A DNA stretch of 20,000 nt. Source: Hydrurus foetidus (Eukaryota). The stretch's first letter is position 1; each line of letters opens with the position of its first letter. Under the pieces are notes generated by a model that was given only the letters and a program-made list of their open reading frames with translations, made no database searches and had not been told where the DNA came from. Positions 19,916-20,000 of the stretch are shown in pieces. The DNA lies in the NCBI GenBank assembly GCA_900617105.1, contig UYFQ01000046.1:44110-64109 (forward strand), in the 5' to 3' direction. Both the position numbers and the translations under genes were made by a program.

Positions 19916-20000
19916 GCTCAAACGTAATATCTTTTGAAGATTTTTTAGCCTAATTTTTCTCTAACGAGGGATTTTTATTTTTTAGTCAAAAATCTGACAT

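Larger units (their letters stand above)
13738..20000 (+). mobile_element. Second Ty3/Gypsy chromovirus-type LTR retrotransposon (element B), decayed, 3' end outside the window
   Basis: Putative LTR, gag with CX2CX4HX4C, and fragmented PR-RT-RH-IN-chromodomain clearly homologous to element A. Confidence 0.93.

Overview
Eukaryotic, transposon-dense window (introns, GT-AG signals, no prokaryotic features) made of nested mobile elements. (1) A pogo/Fot1-like DD35D DNA transposon spans 176..12498, with perfect 24-bp TIRs and a TA duplication, inserted in a degenerate ~71-bp tandem repeat. It carries a spliced transposase gene on the minus strand with one in-frame stop and a long N-terminal extension, plus a possible second convergent gene. 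(2) A young, complete Ty3/Gypsy chromodomain-bearing LTR retrotransposon on the minus strand (4688..12206; apparently identical 216-bp LTRs; 4-bp TSD ATCC) sits inside it. (3) An unexplained 108-bp direct repeat is interrupted by (4) a second, related but divergent and decayed chromovirus-type element on the plus strand (13738..>20000). Most interesting signal: neither retroelement has a tRNA primer-binding site or a Tf1-type self-priming complement. In both, the 5' LTR end is instead followed by a perfect 12-bp palindrome (AATACCGGTATT vs AATAGCGCTATT) whose two differences are compensatory, suggesting an unusual palindrome-based priming or dimerisation mechanism. Both also show intron-like signals at the same Gag/protease junction. 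All calls were made by eye, without searches.
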